NCBI GenBank assembly: GCA_020724585.1
Contig: DYGS01000001.1
Location: forward strand, 2,893 to 66,892
Direction of reading: 5' to 3'
DNA: 64,000 nucleotides
DNA from: Candidatus Microgenomatus sp.
GTDB taxonomy: Bacteria; Patescibacteriota; Microgenomatia; UBA8517
Part shown: piece by piece, positions 38,847-46,798 of the stretch
Layout of the letters: each line of letters opens with the position of its first letter
Numbering within the stretch: position 1 is the first letter of the stretch
Position numbers and translations under genes: made by a program
The notes under the pieces: generated by a model
Database searches by the model: none
Told to the model about the DNA's origin: nothing
The model's input: the letters and a program-made list of their open reading frames with translations, nothing else

Positions 38847-39326
38847 TTATGTTTTAAAATGATTCATAATACTGTTAAGCATTTGTTGTAGGCACCAGTT
38901 TGCATAAAGAGGTCCCAACAAATAACTTATTGGGCGGATAAAAAAGGATTTTGGCAATTGATAGTCTATAAACAATTTCACTTTAGAGCCATTGTTCACT
39001 TTGTTAATTTCTATACCCATTTTATAACCACCAATTACAATCAATCTAGGTTCATCTACTGTTTTCCATTCTTTTCTGTTGGGTGGGTCATAATGAGTTA
39101 CAACTTCATCAAGAAATAGCAATATCCCAAATACCTTACCCTCCATTTTTAAATGAGAACCAATTTTTTTAAAATGCCCGCTATCAATTGATGTTTCCAT
39201 CTTTCCTCCACTCATCATCCAAGAAGATTTACCCATATGCGAAGAAAGGTGGGAATGCTCATCAATAAACTCAAAGACCTCAGTAGGCGTGGCTTTTACA
39301 AAGACAATTTTTTCTTGATGAACCAC
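38847..39326 (-). CDS. hypothetical protein
   Basis: 159-aa ORF. No motif recognised. Confidence 0.35.
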   Translation of the reverse strand: MVHQEKIVFVKATPTEVFEFIDEHSHLSSHMGKSSWMMSGGKMETSIDSGHFKKIGSHLKMEGKVFGILLFLDEVVTHYDPPNRKEWKTVDEPRLIVIGGYKMGIEINKVNNGSKVKLFIDYQLPKSFFIRPISYLLGPLYANWCLQQMLNSIMNHFKT

Positions 39327-39368
39327 TATGAATAAATTATCTCACAAATTATGTTTTTAGCATAACAA

Positions 39369-39386
39369 GCGGTAAGGGAGAGATTC
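39369..39386 (-). repeat. partial duplicate of tRNA-Ser(GGA) 3' end (T-loop/acceptor 3' strand), 17/18 identical
   Basis: gcggtaagggagagattc matches gcggtgagggagagattc at 39483-39500 inside the tRNA gene, about 100 bp downstream of the tRNA 3' end. Confidence 0.7.
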
Positions 39387-39482
39387 ACCGTGCAATTACA
39401 ATACTTAGCACCATCGAATCGATCCCGATCGCGAGCAAAGCGAGCGATTTGCTATGCAAATCTTTAGCCTCGTTAAGCGGGG

Positions 39483-39570
39483 CGGTGAGGGAGAGATTCG
39501 AACTCTCGATAACCGTAAAGGCTATACGCGCTCTCCAAGCGCGCGCACTCGACCACTATGCGACCTCACC
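39483..39570 (-). tRNA. tRNA-Ser (anticodon GGA), class II with long variable arm
   Basis: Acceptor ggtgagg/cctcacc, 3-bp D-stem, anticodon stem cgcgc/gcgcg with loop tTGGAga, long variable arm, T-arm gagag-ttcgaat-ctctc, discriminator G. Confidence 0.75.
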
Positions 39571-39605
39571 GAGTCAGCAGACGAGGTGAAGGAGCACAAG
39601 ATTTG

Positions 39606-39628
39606 TCTTATGCGACCTCACCGAGTCA
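39606..39628 (-). repeat. duplicate of the 5' leader plus first 15 nt of tRNA-Ser(GGA)
   Basis: tatgcgacctcaccgagtcagc repeats 39556-39577 (ctatgcgacctcaccgagtcagc). Confidence 0.65.
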
Positions 39629-39629
39629 G

Positions 39630-40067
39630 CTATTTTTTCTTTCTTTTTTTCTCCCACTCCTTAATCATTATTGAAGCGTCTTTTAGCATGTCTTTTTCTC
39701 TTTTTAGCTCAAGTTTTTTTACTGCATTTGGATAATCAAACCAAGAAACATCCCCAATACCCAAAATTTCAGCTCCTGTTTTAAAAAATAAAAGATAGTA
39801 TATATATTTATAGGTCACGCTCTTGCCATTAACTGTTCCCGATCCCGCGGCTCTGCCTACTTCATCTAAGACTTTTATGTTCATGTTGCCCTGTTCTGAG
39901 GTGTGCCTTATAACGGCTCTGACAGATGATTCACCTCTTCTAACTGCAGTCTTTGGAATTTCCCAATCCCCGTCAACATTTTTTATAAGAAGATATAAAA
40001 TTTTACCGCGGCCTTCTTTAAAAATTACTGATCCTCCAATTAAAATCTCCCCATTCCCATTTTTCAT
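39630..40067 (-). CDS. hypothetical protein, possible degenerate NUDIX-fold
   Basis: GGSVIFKEGRGKILYLLIK...RRGESSVRAVIRHTSEQG loosely resembles a Nudix box, but the REUXEE core is not conserved. Confidence 0.3.
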   Translation of the reverse strand: MKNGNGEILIGGSVIFKEGRGKILYLLIKNVDGDWEIPKTAVRRGESSVRAVIRHTSEQGNMNIKVLDEVGRAAGSGTVNGKSVTYKYIYYLLFFKTGAEILGIGDVSWFDYPNAVKKLELKREKDMLKDASIMIKEWEKKRKKK

Positions 40068-40163
40068 ATTGGTATTTTACCATGAAAATGGCAAGTTTTG
40101 CTCAATCAGATTCGCAAAAGGCGGAGGATATAGGAATCCCCGCCCTAGGTGGGCTAACCTTAG

Positions 40164-40250
40164 CGGCGAGAGAGGGATTTGAACCCCCGTTCCGCAAATG
40201 CGGAGCATGGTTTTCGAAACCAGCCTGTTAGACCACTCCAGCATCTCGCC
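40164..40250 (-). tRNA. tRNA-Ser (anticodon CGA), class II
   Basis: Acceptor ggcgaga/tctcgcc, 3-bp D-stem ctg/cag with gagtggtctaa loop, anticodon loop tTCGAaa, variable-arm hairpin ccgca-tttg-cgg, T-arm ggggg-ttcaaat-ccctc, discriminator G. Confidence 0.75.
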
Positions 40251-40268
40251 TTGTTATTTATTAAAGTG

Positions 40269-40340
40269 TGTGCCCGACAAGAATCGAACTTGTATCTAAA
40301 GATCCGCAATCTTCAATTCTATCCGTTGAACTACGGGCAC
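40269..40340 (-). tRNA. tRNA-Arg (anticodon GCG)
   Basis: Acceptor gtgcccg/cgggcac, D-loop with GG, anticodon stem gaaga/tcttt with loop tTGCGga, T-arm acaag-ttcgatt-cttgt, discriminator A. Confidence 0.6.
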
Positions 40341-40359
40341 CTGTAGTTTGTATTATACT

Positions 40360-40899
40360 TCACTGAGGCAATTTTTTGGAAAACCAGTCAATAGCTTTAT
40401 CCAAATTTGATGGCGAGGCTTCCTCTTCAAGAAGATAATCTTTTAAGATTTTCCTTATATCCTCCTTATTTTCAGGTTTTATAACAAGCTCCATTCTGTT
40501 TGGAATTTTTCTTGTTTCAAAGACCAAAAGCTCTGTATCGTATCTCTTTGAAAACCAAAATCTTGTCAACATCTCCCATGGAGTTGCCCCTCCTGCAATT
40601 TTTACTCCCCTATCTGTGATTTTGTATTCAATAACCTCCGGTTCGACAGTTGACATAACATAATAGAGGAAAATTAAAGAAATTATAAGAATTACAGGCA
40701 TCGCCCCCTCTGCCAAAAACAAAATCAAGGAAACTATTCCTGCAATCGAAACAGTGGTTAAATAAAACTGCCTATCTCTTCTTTTAAATGGCCTTGAAGG
40801 TGCAATCCAAATCAATAAATCCTTTTCAAGTTCAGGCTTTTTGAATTTTGAAGTCTCAGCCTCATTACTCGAATTATTATTGGCAATATTATCACTCAT
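40360..40899 (-). CDS. hypothetical membrane protein (start trimmed to MSDNIANN)
   Basis: Two adjacent TM helices. The longer track ORF would run into tRNA-Ser(GCT). Confidence 0.4.
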   Translation of the reverse strand: MSDNIANNNSSNEAETSKFKKPELEKDLLIWIAPSRPFKRRDRQFYLTTVSIAGIVSLILFLAEGAMPVILIISLIFLYYVMSTVEPEVIEYKITDRGVKIAGGATPWEMLTRFWFSKRYDTELLVFETRKIPNRMELVIKPENKEDIRKILKDYLLEEEASPSNLDKAIDWFSKKLPQ

Positions 40900-40940
40900 A
40901 TCTAAATTATACCTCAAGTCTGATATAATTGCCTCTATTG

Positions 40941-41027
40941 GTGGGGTCGCATAGCCCGGTCCATTGCGGAGGTTTGCTAAATCTCTGAGCTGAAAAGCTC
41001 GCGCAGGTTCGAATCCTGTCCCCACCG
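40941..41027 (+). tRNA. tRNA-Ser (anticodon GCT), class II
   Basis: Acceptor ggtgggg/ccccacc, anticodon stem gaggt/atctc with loop tTGCTaa, variable-arm hairpin gagc-tgaaaa-gctc, T-arm gcagg-ttcgaat-cctgt, discriminator G. Confidence 0.75.
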
Positions 41028-41086
41028 CTCATATACATTCGCGATGTGGACAGTTTCGATGGTGCCAAGTAAAGAAAATGCACGGC

Positions 41087-41104
41087 GAATCCTGTCCCCA
41101 CCGC
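41087..41104 (+). repeat. exact 18-nt duplicate of tRNA-Ser(GCT) 3' end (gaatcctgtccccaccgc) followed by CA
   Basis: Identical to 41011-41028. No matching 5' half is present, so it is a fragment rather than a tRNA. Confidence 0.75.
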
Positions 41105-41123
41105 CAGTTCAATATGATTAAAA

Positions 41124-41205
41124 GGAAGGTGGGCAGGACGGTAATGCGCGAGTCTTGAAAACTCGTGAGCGTAAGCTCTAACAGGTTCGACCCCTGTACC
41201 TTCCG
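41124..41205 (+). tRNA. tRNA-Ser (anticodon TGA), class II
   Basis: Acceptor ggaaggt/accttcc, anticodon stem cgagt/actcg with loop cTTGAaa, variable-arm hairpin gagc-gtaa-gctc, T-arm acagg-ttcgacc-cctgt, discriminator G. Confidence 0.75.
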
Positions 41206-41211
41206 CAAAAT

Positions 41212-41245
41212 TAAGCCTAACTGGCAATAGTTAGGCTTTTTATAT
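41212..41245. terminator. bidirectional rho-independent terminator (taagcctaac-tggcaata-gttaggctt with T-runs on both strands)
   Basis: 10-bp stem hairpin between convergent tRNA-Ser(TGA) (+) and comF (-). T-tracts follow on both strands. Confidence 0.6.
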
Positions 41246-41816
41246 TTTTAAAATCTGCATTTTGAAGTGTTTTTTTGGCCTCATTAATTGTGGTTCCTGT
41301 TGTATAAACATCATCAAAGAGTAGTATATTGGGGATAGTATATTGTATATAGAGTTTGTTTACTTCAAAAACATTTTTAAGGTTATTTTTTCTATCAACC
41401 CCTTTTAGTCCAACCTGATGTTTTGTTTCTTTGGTTTTTATTAGTAAATCAGGAATAAATTTTAGGTTTAATTTTTCTGCAATTTTTTTACCCAAAATTT
41501 CCGTTTGATTGAAACCTCTAAAATTCTCTCTTTTTCTATCTAAGGGAATAGGAACCAAATTAGCATTATGCCACAAGCCATATGTTTTAAGCCTATCAAC
41601 ACAAATAGAAGCTAGTTCCTCAGCAATATCATATGCAAATTTGTATTTAATAGTAATTATTGCTCTTCTAATTACTCCTTTGTACTTAAATATTGAATAG
41701 TTATTATTTCTATATTGTCCCCTACGAACCTTTTCTAAACAATTTGGACAAATATATTTCCCTGAAGCACTACACTCCAAACACTTTTTAGGAAAAATAA
41801 AATCAAATAGACCCAT
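41217..41816 (-). CDS. comF: ComF-family protein (ComFC-like phosphoribosyltransferase-domain competence protein)
   Basis: N-terminal zinc finger CLECS...CPNCL and C-terminal PRTase motif LLFDDVYTTGTTINEA. Confidence 0.75.
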   Translation of the reverse strand: MGLFDFIFPKKCLECSASGKYICPNCLEKVRRGQYRNNNYSIFKYKGVIRRAIITIKYKFAYDIAEELASICVDRLKTYGLWHNANLVPIPLDRKRENFRGFNQTEILGKKIAEKLNLKFIPDLLIKTKETKHQVGLKGVDRKNNLKNVFEVNKLYIQYTIPNILLFDDVYTTGTTINEAKKTLQNADFKNIKSLTIAS

Positions 41817-41833
41817 TCTGATATATAATACTA

Positions 41834-41864
41834 TGTACTAAGTACTTTGTACTATGTACTGTAT
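41834..41864 (+). repeat. GTAC-rich short repeat (atgtactaagtactttgtactatgtactgta)
   Basis: 26/27 identical to 63886-63912. Member of a dispersed repeat family found at 7 or more loci. Confidence 0.7.
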
Positions 41865-42296
41865 ATGAAAGTTGTTAACAAAAAAGCAAATTTTAATTAC
41901 ACTCTATTTCCCGAAAGAATTGAGGCGGGCATTGCCTTAAAAGGAATTGAAGCCAAATCCTTTAGAGATAACAGAATTGATCTCTTAAACTCGTTTGTCA
42001 AAATAATTAATGGTGAAGTTTATTTAGTTAATGCCAATATCCCTGCAAAGGGCTTACAAAAGTATGATCCAACTAGAGCCAGGAAATTACTTTTACATAA
42101 ACGCGAAATCATAAAACTAATAACTAAAACGAAGCAACAAAAGTTGCAAATTGTGGCTGTTTCAATGTATAATAAGCATCGTAAAATTAAACTCGAACTA
42201 GCCTTAGCTAAGCCTAAAAGAAAGTTTGACAAGAAGGAGAGTATTAAAAAACATGATGTGCAACGCGACATTGAAAGAGAATTAAAAGGTCTTTGA
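41865..42296 (+). CDS. smpB: SsrA-binding protein SmpB (start trimmed to MKVVNKKANFNY)
   Basis: NKKANFNY...EAGIALKGIEAKS...KLLLHKREI motifs. The track ORF's extra 6 codons are translation of the GTAC repeat. Confidence 0.85.
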   Translation: MKVVNKKANFNYTLFPERIEAGIALKGIEAKSFRDNRIDLLNSFVKIINGEVYLVNANIPAKGLQKYDPTRARKLLLHKREIIKLITKTKQQKLQIVAVSMYNKHRKIKLELALAKPKRKFDKKESIKKHDVQRDIERELKGL

Positions 42297-42351
42297 GTTA
42301 AATTGAAAATTGAAAATTGTTAATTGAAAATTCCAAGCGTAGCTTGGACAT

Positions 42352-42733
42352 GGGGATGACCGGTTTCGACGGGAAGCTCTTTTAAAATAAGCAAGCCAAG
42401 TTTGATATAAACTTGTCAAAATGTATCAAAACTTAAAAGCAAAACAAATTTTTGCTTCTGTTAAGCCATACGCTGATATGCAATATGCATATCTTACTGT
42501 AAAGGCTTAAACAGCATTCTTGTATTTGGATTCCGACTGAATTTCAAGGGTGTCAACCAAATCGGAAGTAGTTTTTTATTCTTAGTTGTGGATAGAAAAC
42601 GAAATAATAACAACTTTACTTTTCATCATCCTGACAATTGGTTAGATAAAAAGGACATACAATAAATTGTCTAAGCTTGTAGAAATTTTTAAAAATGTAT
42701 TTTCGGATGAGGGTTCGATTCCCTCCATCTCCA
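42352..42733 (+). ncRNA. ssrA: tmRNA (SsrA), about 382 nt
   Basis: 5' end GGGGATGACCGGTTTCGACGGG (tRNA-like acceptor/D region). 3' end GAGGGTTCGATTCCCTCCATCTCCA (T-arm plus acceptor 3' strand pairing with the 5' end). Directly downstream of smpB. Confidence 0.8.
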
Positions 42734-42800
42734 CTCGCATTCGCTCGTTCCGATTTCAGGAATCGATAGCGCAAGTTATTGTGCTCCGTGTTTTGCACGC

Positions 42801-42817
42801 CGATTCCCTCCATCTCC
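42801..42817 (+). repeat. exact 17-nt duplicate of tmRNA 3' end (cgattccctccatctcc)
   Basis: Identical to 42717-42733, located 68 nt downstream of the ssrA 3' end. Confidence 0.75.
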
Positions 42818-42829
42818 TCCTAAGATGGT

Positions 42830-44236
42830 TTACTCAAACTCAATCATGTAAAGTTTTTGGTTTTTTATAAGAATTATCCTTTTTAATTCTTCTGAAATTA
42901 CCAAATCGGATGCTCCTTCTATGTTCTCGTTTACATATTGGATTTTGAATTTTCCATTTTTATCAAACACAACGATTCTCCTCTCTTTTTGATCCAATAT
43001 ATAAACATTTTTTAAACCTTCGTTGGTATAAATTGCATCAGGATTATTCATTTGGACAGCCAACCCTGACATTGAAACCGCAATTGGATTGCCATTTGCA
43101 AATCTGGAAACCTTGCCCGTTTCAGATAAAAGCCAGATGTTCCCGTCAATAGAAATATCTTTAACTTTTGAAAAATCAGCCTCAATTCCTGGAGCTAACC
43201 AATCCGTCTTTGCACCAAATCCCGATGTTTGACCCGAGTATCTATAAATTTTGTTTTGACTTTTATCAACTAAGTATATATTTCCCGCATATAAATAAAA
43301 TAGGGCGCTATCCCAGTCTTTATCTAATACTTTTTGAGAATTGTCCTTAATTTCCAAGATACCCTCGTTATTTAACGAGAACAACCTGTCCTCATATGAA
43401 GCAATATTTATTGAATTTTTCAAATCTTCTCTGTCTGCAACCTTCTTGGCATTTTTTGTTTTTATGTTGACTTTTATCACATTTTGGTTTTCTTTATCAA
43501 AAATAAACATTTCATCGCCAGTGGATGCAATCTGGCTGCCTTTAAAATCATTTATCTGCAAAGATAAATCAAGAAATTCTTTTGATTCTACTTTTACCTC
43601 GCCCAATATTTCCCCCTCCTTACCTTTGATACTATCAAGAAGTGCTTCTAAATCATCGCTTTTATACCCAGCATCTTTTAAGCGTTGGGCTTTGTCTTTT
43701 GAAGATCTAAAAAGTTCTCTTGAACGGGAAATATCAATTTCAAAAAGAGATATTGCTTCATCGTATTCATAAACAGCATCACCAAGTGTTTCTTTGGATA
43801 AATTTTCAAAATCATTAAGTTTCTTCTGCCTAATACCAAAAAACACACTCAAAAAAAGTAAGATCAATAAAATCATTCCAACTGTTAATGTCGTTTTTTT
43901 ACCTTGGGGAATAGCTTCGTTAAAATCGCTATTTTTAATATATAGATTGGGGCTAACCTCTATTTGCTCAATTTTAACTATTAATTTTTCAGTTTCCCCG
44001 AGCGTATAAATATCTCCAATTTGAGGCTTGCCTGTAATTAATTTTTCTTCATTTTGTGTTTCCGCCAAAATATAATTTTTACCATTTCGGGTTAAAACTG
44101 CTTTGGTAAAAGGCTCTAATTTAACAAAAATTTTATCATCTTTAATTTTAACTGATCCCACGCCGCGCAAGAATGTGTCAACTTTATTTGAAGAAAGTGT
44201 GAATTTGGATTTTTTTTTAAAAAAATTTATTATCAC
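42830..44236 (-). CDS. hypothetical membrane-anchored protein with beta-rich extracytoplasmic domain
   Basis: Single TM near residue 120. The C-terminal region has repetitive beta-strand-like segments. No named motif. Confidence 0.4.
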   Translation of the reverse strand: MIINFFKKKSKFTLSSNKVDTFLRGVGSVKIKDDKIFVKLEPFTKAVLTRNGKNYILAETQNEEKLITGKPQIGDIYTLGETEKLIVKIEQIEVSPNLYIKNSDFNEAIPQGKKTTLTVGMILLILLFLSVFFGIRQKKLNDFENLSKETLGDAVYEYDEAISLFEIDISRSRELFRSSKDKAQRLKDAGYKSDDLEALLDSIKGKEGEILGEVKVESKEFLDLSLQINDFKGSQIASTGDEMFIFDKENQNVIKVNIKTKNAKKVADREDLKNSINIASYEDRLFSLNNEGILEIKDNSQKVLDKDWDSALFYLYAGNIYLVDKSQNKIYRYSGQTSGFGAKTDWLAPGIEADFSKVKDISIDGNIWLLSETGKVSRFANGNPIAVSMSGLAVQMNNPDAIYTNEGLKNVYILDQKERRIVVFDKNGKFKIQYVNENIEGASDLVISEELKRIILIKNQKLYMIEFE

Positions 44237-44451
44237 AGTATTATCATAGCAAATATCAATACTGCTATTGCAAAAAGGAAGTGAGCAAAAGAAAGAATTT
44301 TTAGTTGTTTTTCAAAACCAACCTGAACAGTGTCTGTCATTAAACCAACTTGACGAATAATTACAAAGGCAAAAATTGCATAAATAATCAAGAATATAAG
44401 TATAAAAATTTTAATCAGCGGCCAAACCGAAAAATCTGCTAGGGATAACAT
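44233..44451 (-). CDS. small membrane protein
   Basis: 72 aa with two TM helices. Translationally coupled to flanking genes. Confidence 0.35.
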   Translation of the reverse strand: MLSLADFSVWPLIKIFILIFLIIYAIFAFVIIRQVGLMTDTVQVGFEKQLKILSFAHFLFAIAVLIFAMIIL

Positions 44452-45102
44452 TTACCTCACCCTCCCCTCTATTGCTTCAACCTGCTCTTCAATCCTCAAA
44501 TCTTGCAAAACTTTGGCAACTTGGTCAGGTTTTGGAACTGCCAAAAATTCAAAATTGGGAACTTCTGAAGCTGTTTGAATTAATACATCGCCGTAATTAA
44601 ATAGCGTTCTTACAACTCCCCCCATTTTATAAGTTACATCCTGAATTTTATCAATTGAAGCATCGCTGACTTCTTTGTAAATAAGATTAAAAAAATCTAC
44701 ATCAACAATTCTCTCGTCGGTTACAATGTAAACATTAAAAAACCAAGTCAAAAAACTTTCTAAAAAATAGGCAGTTGAAATAAGATACCAAATAAGGCTG
44801 AAAATAAACAAGAAATTTTTAGGAACACCTTCAAAAATTGACAAACCCATAACAAGTGAGGGAATTAAAAACAAAATGACTGCAGTTACTACCCAAGGAA
44901 CATTTGTTATCCAATGCTTCCTTAAAAAAAGAACCACTTTTTCTTCATTGTCCATTGTTTCAAATTTTAAATTCTCGGGGCAAAACATTATGGCGCTTAG
45001 GGGGTTATGTATTTGAGTTGGAAGATCTTTATACAACGCTTTTTTGTATTTATTCGTATCGGGATGGACAATAGGTTTTTTGGAAATAAAAATATCAGGC
45101 AT
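44452..45102 (-). CDS. membrane protein with bacterial PH-like (bPH_2/DUF304-like) domain
   Basis: Two TM helices followed by IVTDERIVDVDF...GDVLIQTAS... resembling YdbS/YdbT-type bPH domains. Confidence 0.4.
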   Translation of the reverse strand: MPDIFISKKPIVHPDTNKYKKALYKDLPTQIHNPLSAIMFCPENLKFETMDNEEKVVLFLRKHWITNVPWVVTAVILFLIPSLVMGLSIFEGVPKNFLFIFSLIWYLISTAYFLESFLTWFFNVYIVTDERIVDVDFFNLIYKEVSDASIDKIQDVTYKMGGVVRTLFNYGDVLIQTASEVPNFEFLAVPKPDQVAKVLQDLRIEEQVEAIEGRVR

Positions 45103-45114
45103 CTTTAAATTATA

Positions 45115-46767
45115 TCACTTCCGCTCGATATTAAAAAAAGCAAAGCCCTTTTGTGGAATCATTAGATACCCAGGGGCTCTTAAGTTAAAGGCTTGCTTAA
45201 ATTCATCACCAGTTAAATTGATGGTGCCATTAATGTTTATGTTAGTTGTCACTCCATTTCCTTGCGTTACTGTAACACTTGTAACTGAATTTACTCCTCC
45301 TTTTTGTTTTAATTCCGAAATGGAATAGGGATTTCCTCCCCAACAAGAAGTTGATGTTGATGTTACGCGCGAATCAGGACCTTGTTTCAATACAACGGCT
45401 GCATTAACAATATCTGTAAATTCTTCATTTGTTAGCCAGGGATTTGATCTGCCGCAAGTATCCCCCGTGTTTGAGTAACCTTTTCTGTACCAAGCCTTAT
45501 AAAGCCAAGGCGAACCACCCAGTTTTTCATATGTCCTCTCCATAAAATCTGATCCACCACTGCCATTTGTTGTATCCCAGCCTGAAGTTGTTATGTACCC
45601 CCCCGTGGTTGATGAGTAAAAAGTGGTCACTCCTTCAAGAACTTGCCCGCGAGTAGTAATTACAGCCTGTTTCCATGCATCAGGAGGATTATCTGCCTTA
45701 CTTTTTCTAAAAACCTGGCAAGATTCTGTTATACAAATTGTTTTCCCTTCTAATTTATATCTATATGCATATGTTCTGGCTGCAATTGCCTGCGCCTTTA
45801 GTGCTTCCGGATGCCATGAACTTGGCATCTCAGCAATACCCATCAAATAATAATCTTCAAAATTTACGCTTCCCACACCTGAAACGCTAATGTTTCCTCC
45901 TGTATCTTTATTAACCGGTTCTTTTCCATAATATGCCTTGAGAATATCGTTTGCTTTTTGATTATTTTGGGCTCTACCTCTCGCGCCGTATTGACTCATA
46001 CCTTTTCGATGAGTATAAGCACCAAAAGAAAATACAGCAAAAGATCCGCTTGGGGCAGACTCTCTAAAACCTTTGATTGATGCATTATAATCATCTGCCA
46101 GATCACTATCCCCCACACTTGCAGTAAAACCGCCCGATTTTGCCGCCAGCAATTCTTGTTGTTTGGCAGAAAGTGAAGATAAATACCCTTCAACTTTATT
46201 TACCTCGCCTGCCAAAAACTTTTCTTTTTCTGCAATCTGGGCTTTTAGCGAGGCTAGAGAATTTTTTGATTTTTCCAAATTTTCTTTATCTTTTTTAAGT
46301 TTTGACAAATCAGATACATATTTTTCTATTTGCTCTCTATCAGAATCAGCCGCTTTTTGTCTAAAATTTACTTCCCTAAATGCATCTAGCGCATCATGAG
46401 AGGCCAAAAAGGGCATTATCGGATCATAGAGCCTTATCAATTTATATGAGTTTTTGATTTTTTCCTCAAAAAGAGCTTTTGTGTAGGATAAATCATCTTC
46501 CCTTTTTTGAATCGATTTTTCCGTTTTTTGAATCTCTTGGGTTAAGTTGCCAATGCGTTTTCCTAAATCAACAATTTTGACCCTTAAATCTTCTAAATCC
46601 TGTTTATTTTTCTCATGTGCAGGAGTTAGAGCGTTGATTTCTCTTTGAATGCTATTTATCTGACAATCAAAATCGCTACTTGGACACTCTTGAGCCAAGC
46701 TAGGTAATAGCGAATAAGCAATAGCGAATAGAAAAACAATAACAAAAATTACAAATTTAAATTTCAT
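45115..46767 (-). CDS. secreted coiled-coil protein with C-terminal SpoIID/LytB-like domain
   Basis: Signal peptide, a ~250-aa coiled-coil, then HRKGMSQYGARGRAQ...ILKAYYG resembling the SpoIID/LytB signature (GMSQYGA...IL.HYY). Confidence 0.5.
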   Translation of the reverse strand: MKFKFVIFVIVFLFAIAYSLLPSLAQECPSSDFDCQINSIQREINALTPAHEKNKQDLEDLRVKIVDLGKRIGNLTQEIQKTEKSIQKREDDLSYTKALFEEKIKNSYKLIRLYDPIMPFLASHDALDAFREVNFRQKAADSDREQIEKYVSDLSKLKKDKENLEKSKNSLASLKAQIAEKEKFLAGEVNKVEGYLSSLSAKQQELLAAKSGGFTASVGDSDLADDYNASIKGFRESAPSGSFAVFSFGAYTHRKGMSQYGARGRAQNNQKANDILKAYYGKEPVNKDTGGNISVSGVGSVNFEDYYLMGIAEMPSSWHPEALKAQAIAARTYAYRYKLEGKTICITESCQVFRKSKADNPPDAWKQAVITTRGQVLEGVTTFYSSTTGGYITTSGWDTTNGSGGSDFMERTYEKLGGSPWLYKAWYRKGYSNTGDTCGRSNPWLTNEEFTDIVNAAVVLKQGPDSRVTSTSTSCWGGNPYSISELKQKGGVNSVTSVTVTQGNGVTTNININGTINLTGDEFKQAFNLRAPGYLMIPQKGFAFFNIERK

Positions 46768-46798
46768 TAAGTAATTATAACAACTTATCTGCTATAAT

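Noticed and set aside
39454-39735. 93-aa + strand ORF
   Set aside because: Overlaps tRNA-Ser(GGA) and its flanking duplicated segments. Its sequence is low-complexity and has no support.
40081-40163. Possible fourth tRNA 3'-end duplicate downstream of tRNA-Ser(CGA)
   Set aside because: Only a loose resemblance (ggcggaggatataggaatcccc versus ggcgagagagggatttgaaccccc), too degenerate to call.
40907-41227. 106-aa minus-strand ORF
   Set aside because: Spans tRNA-Ser(GCT), the 3'-end duplicate and tRNA-Ser(TGA), so it is translation of tRNA genes. The N-terminal 42 codons of ORF 40360-41025 were trimmed for the same reason.
47-41345. 16-mer atagtatattgtatat shared between the adenosyltransferase gene (approx 50-75) and comF (41323-41345), both encoding an IQYTI-NI peptide
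   Set aside because: A single AT-rich 16-mer match in a 64-kb AT-rich window is within chance expectation, unlike the multi-copy GTAC family. Not reported as a repeat element.
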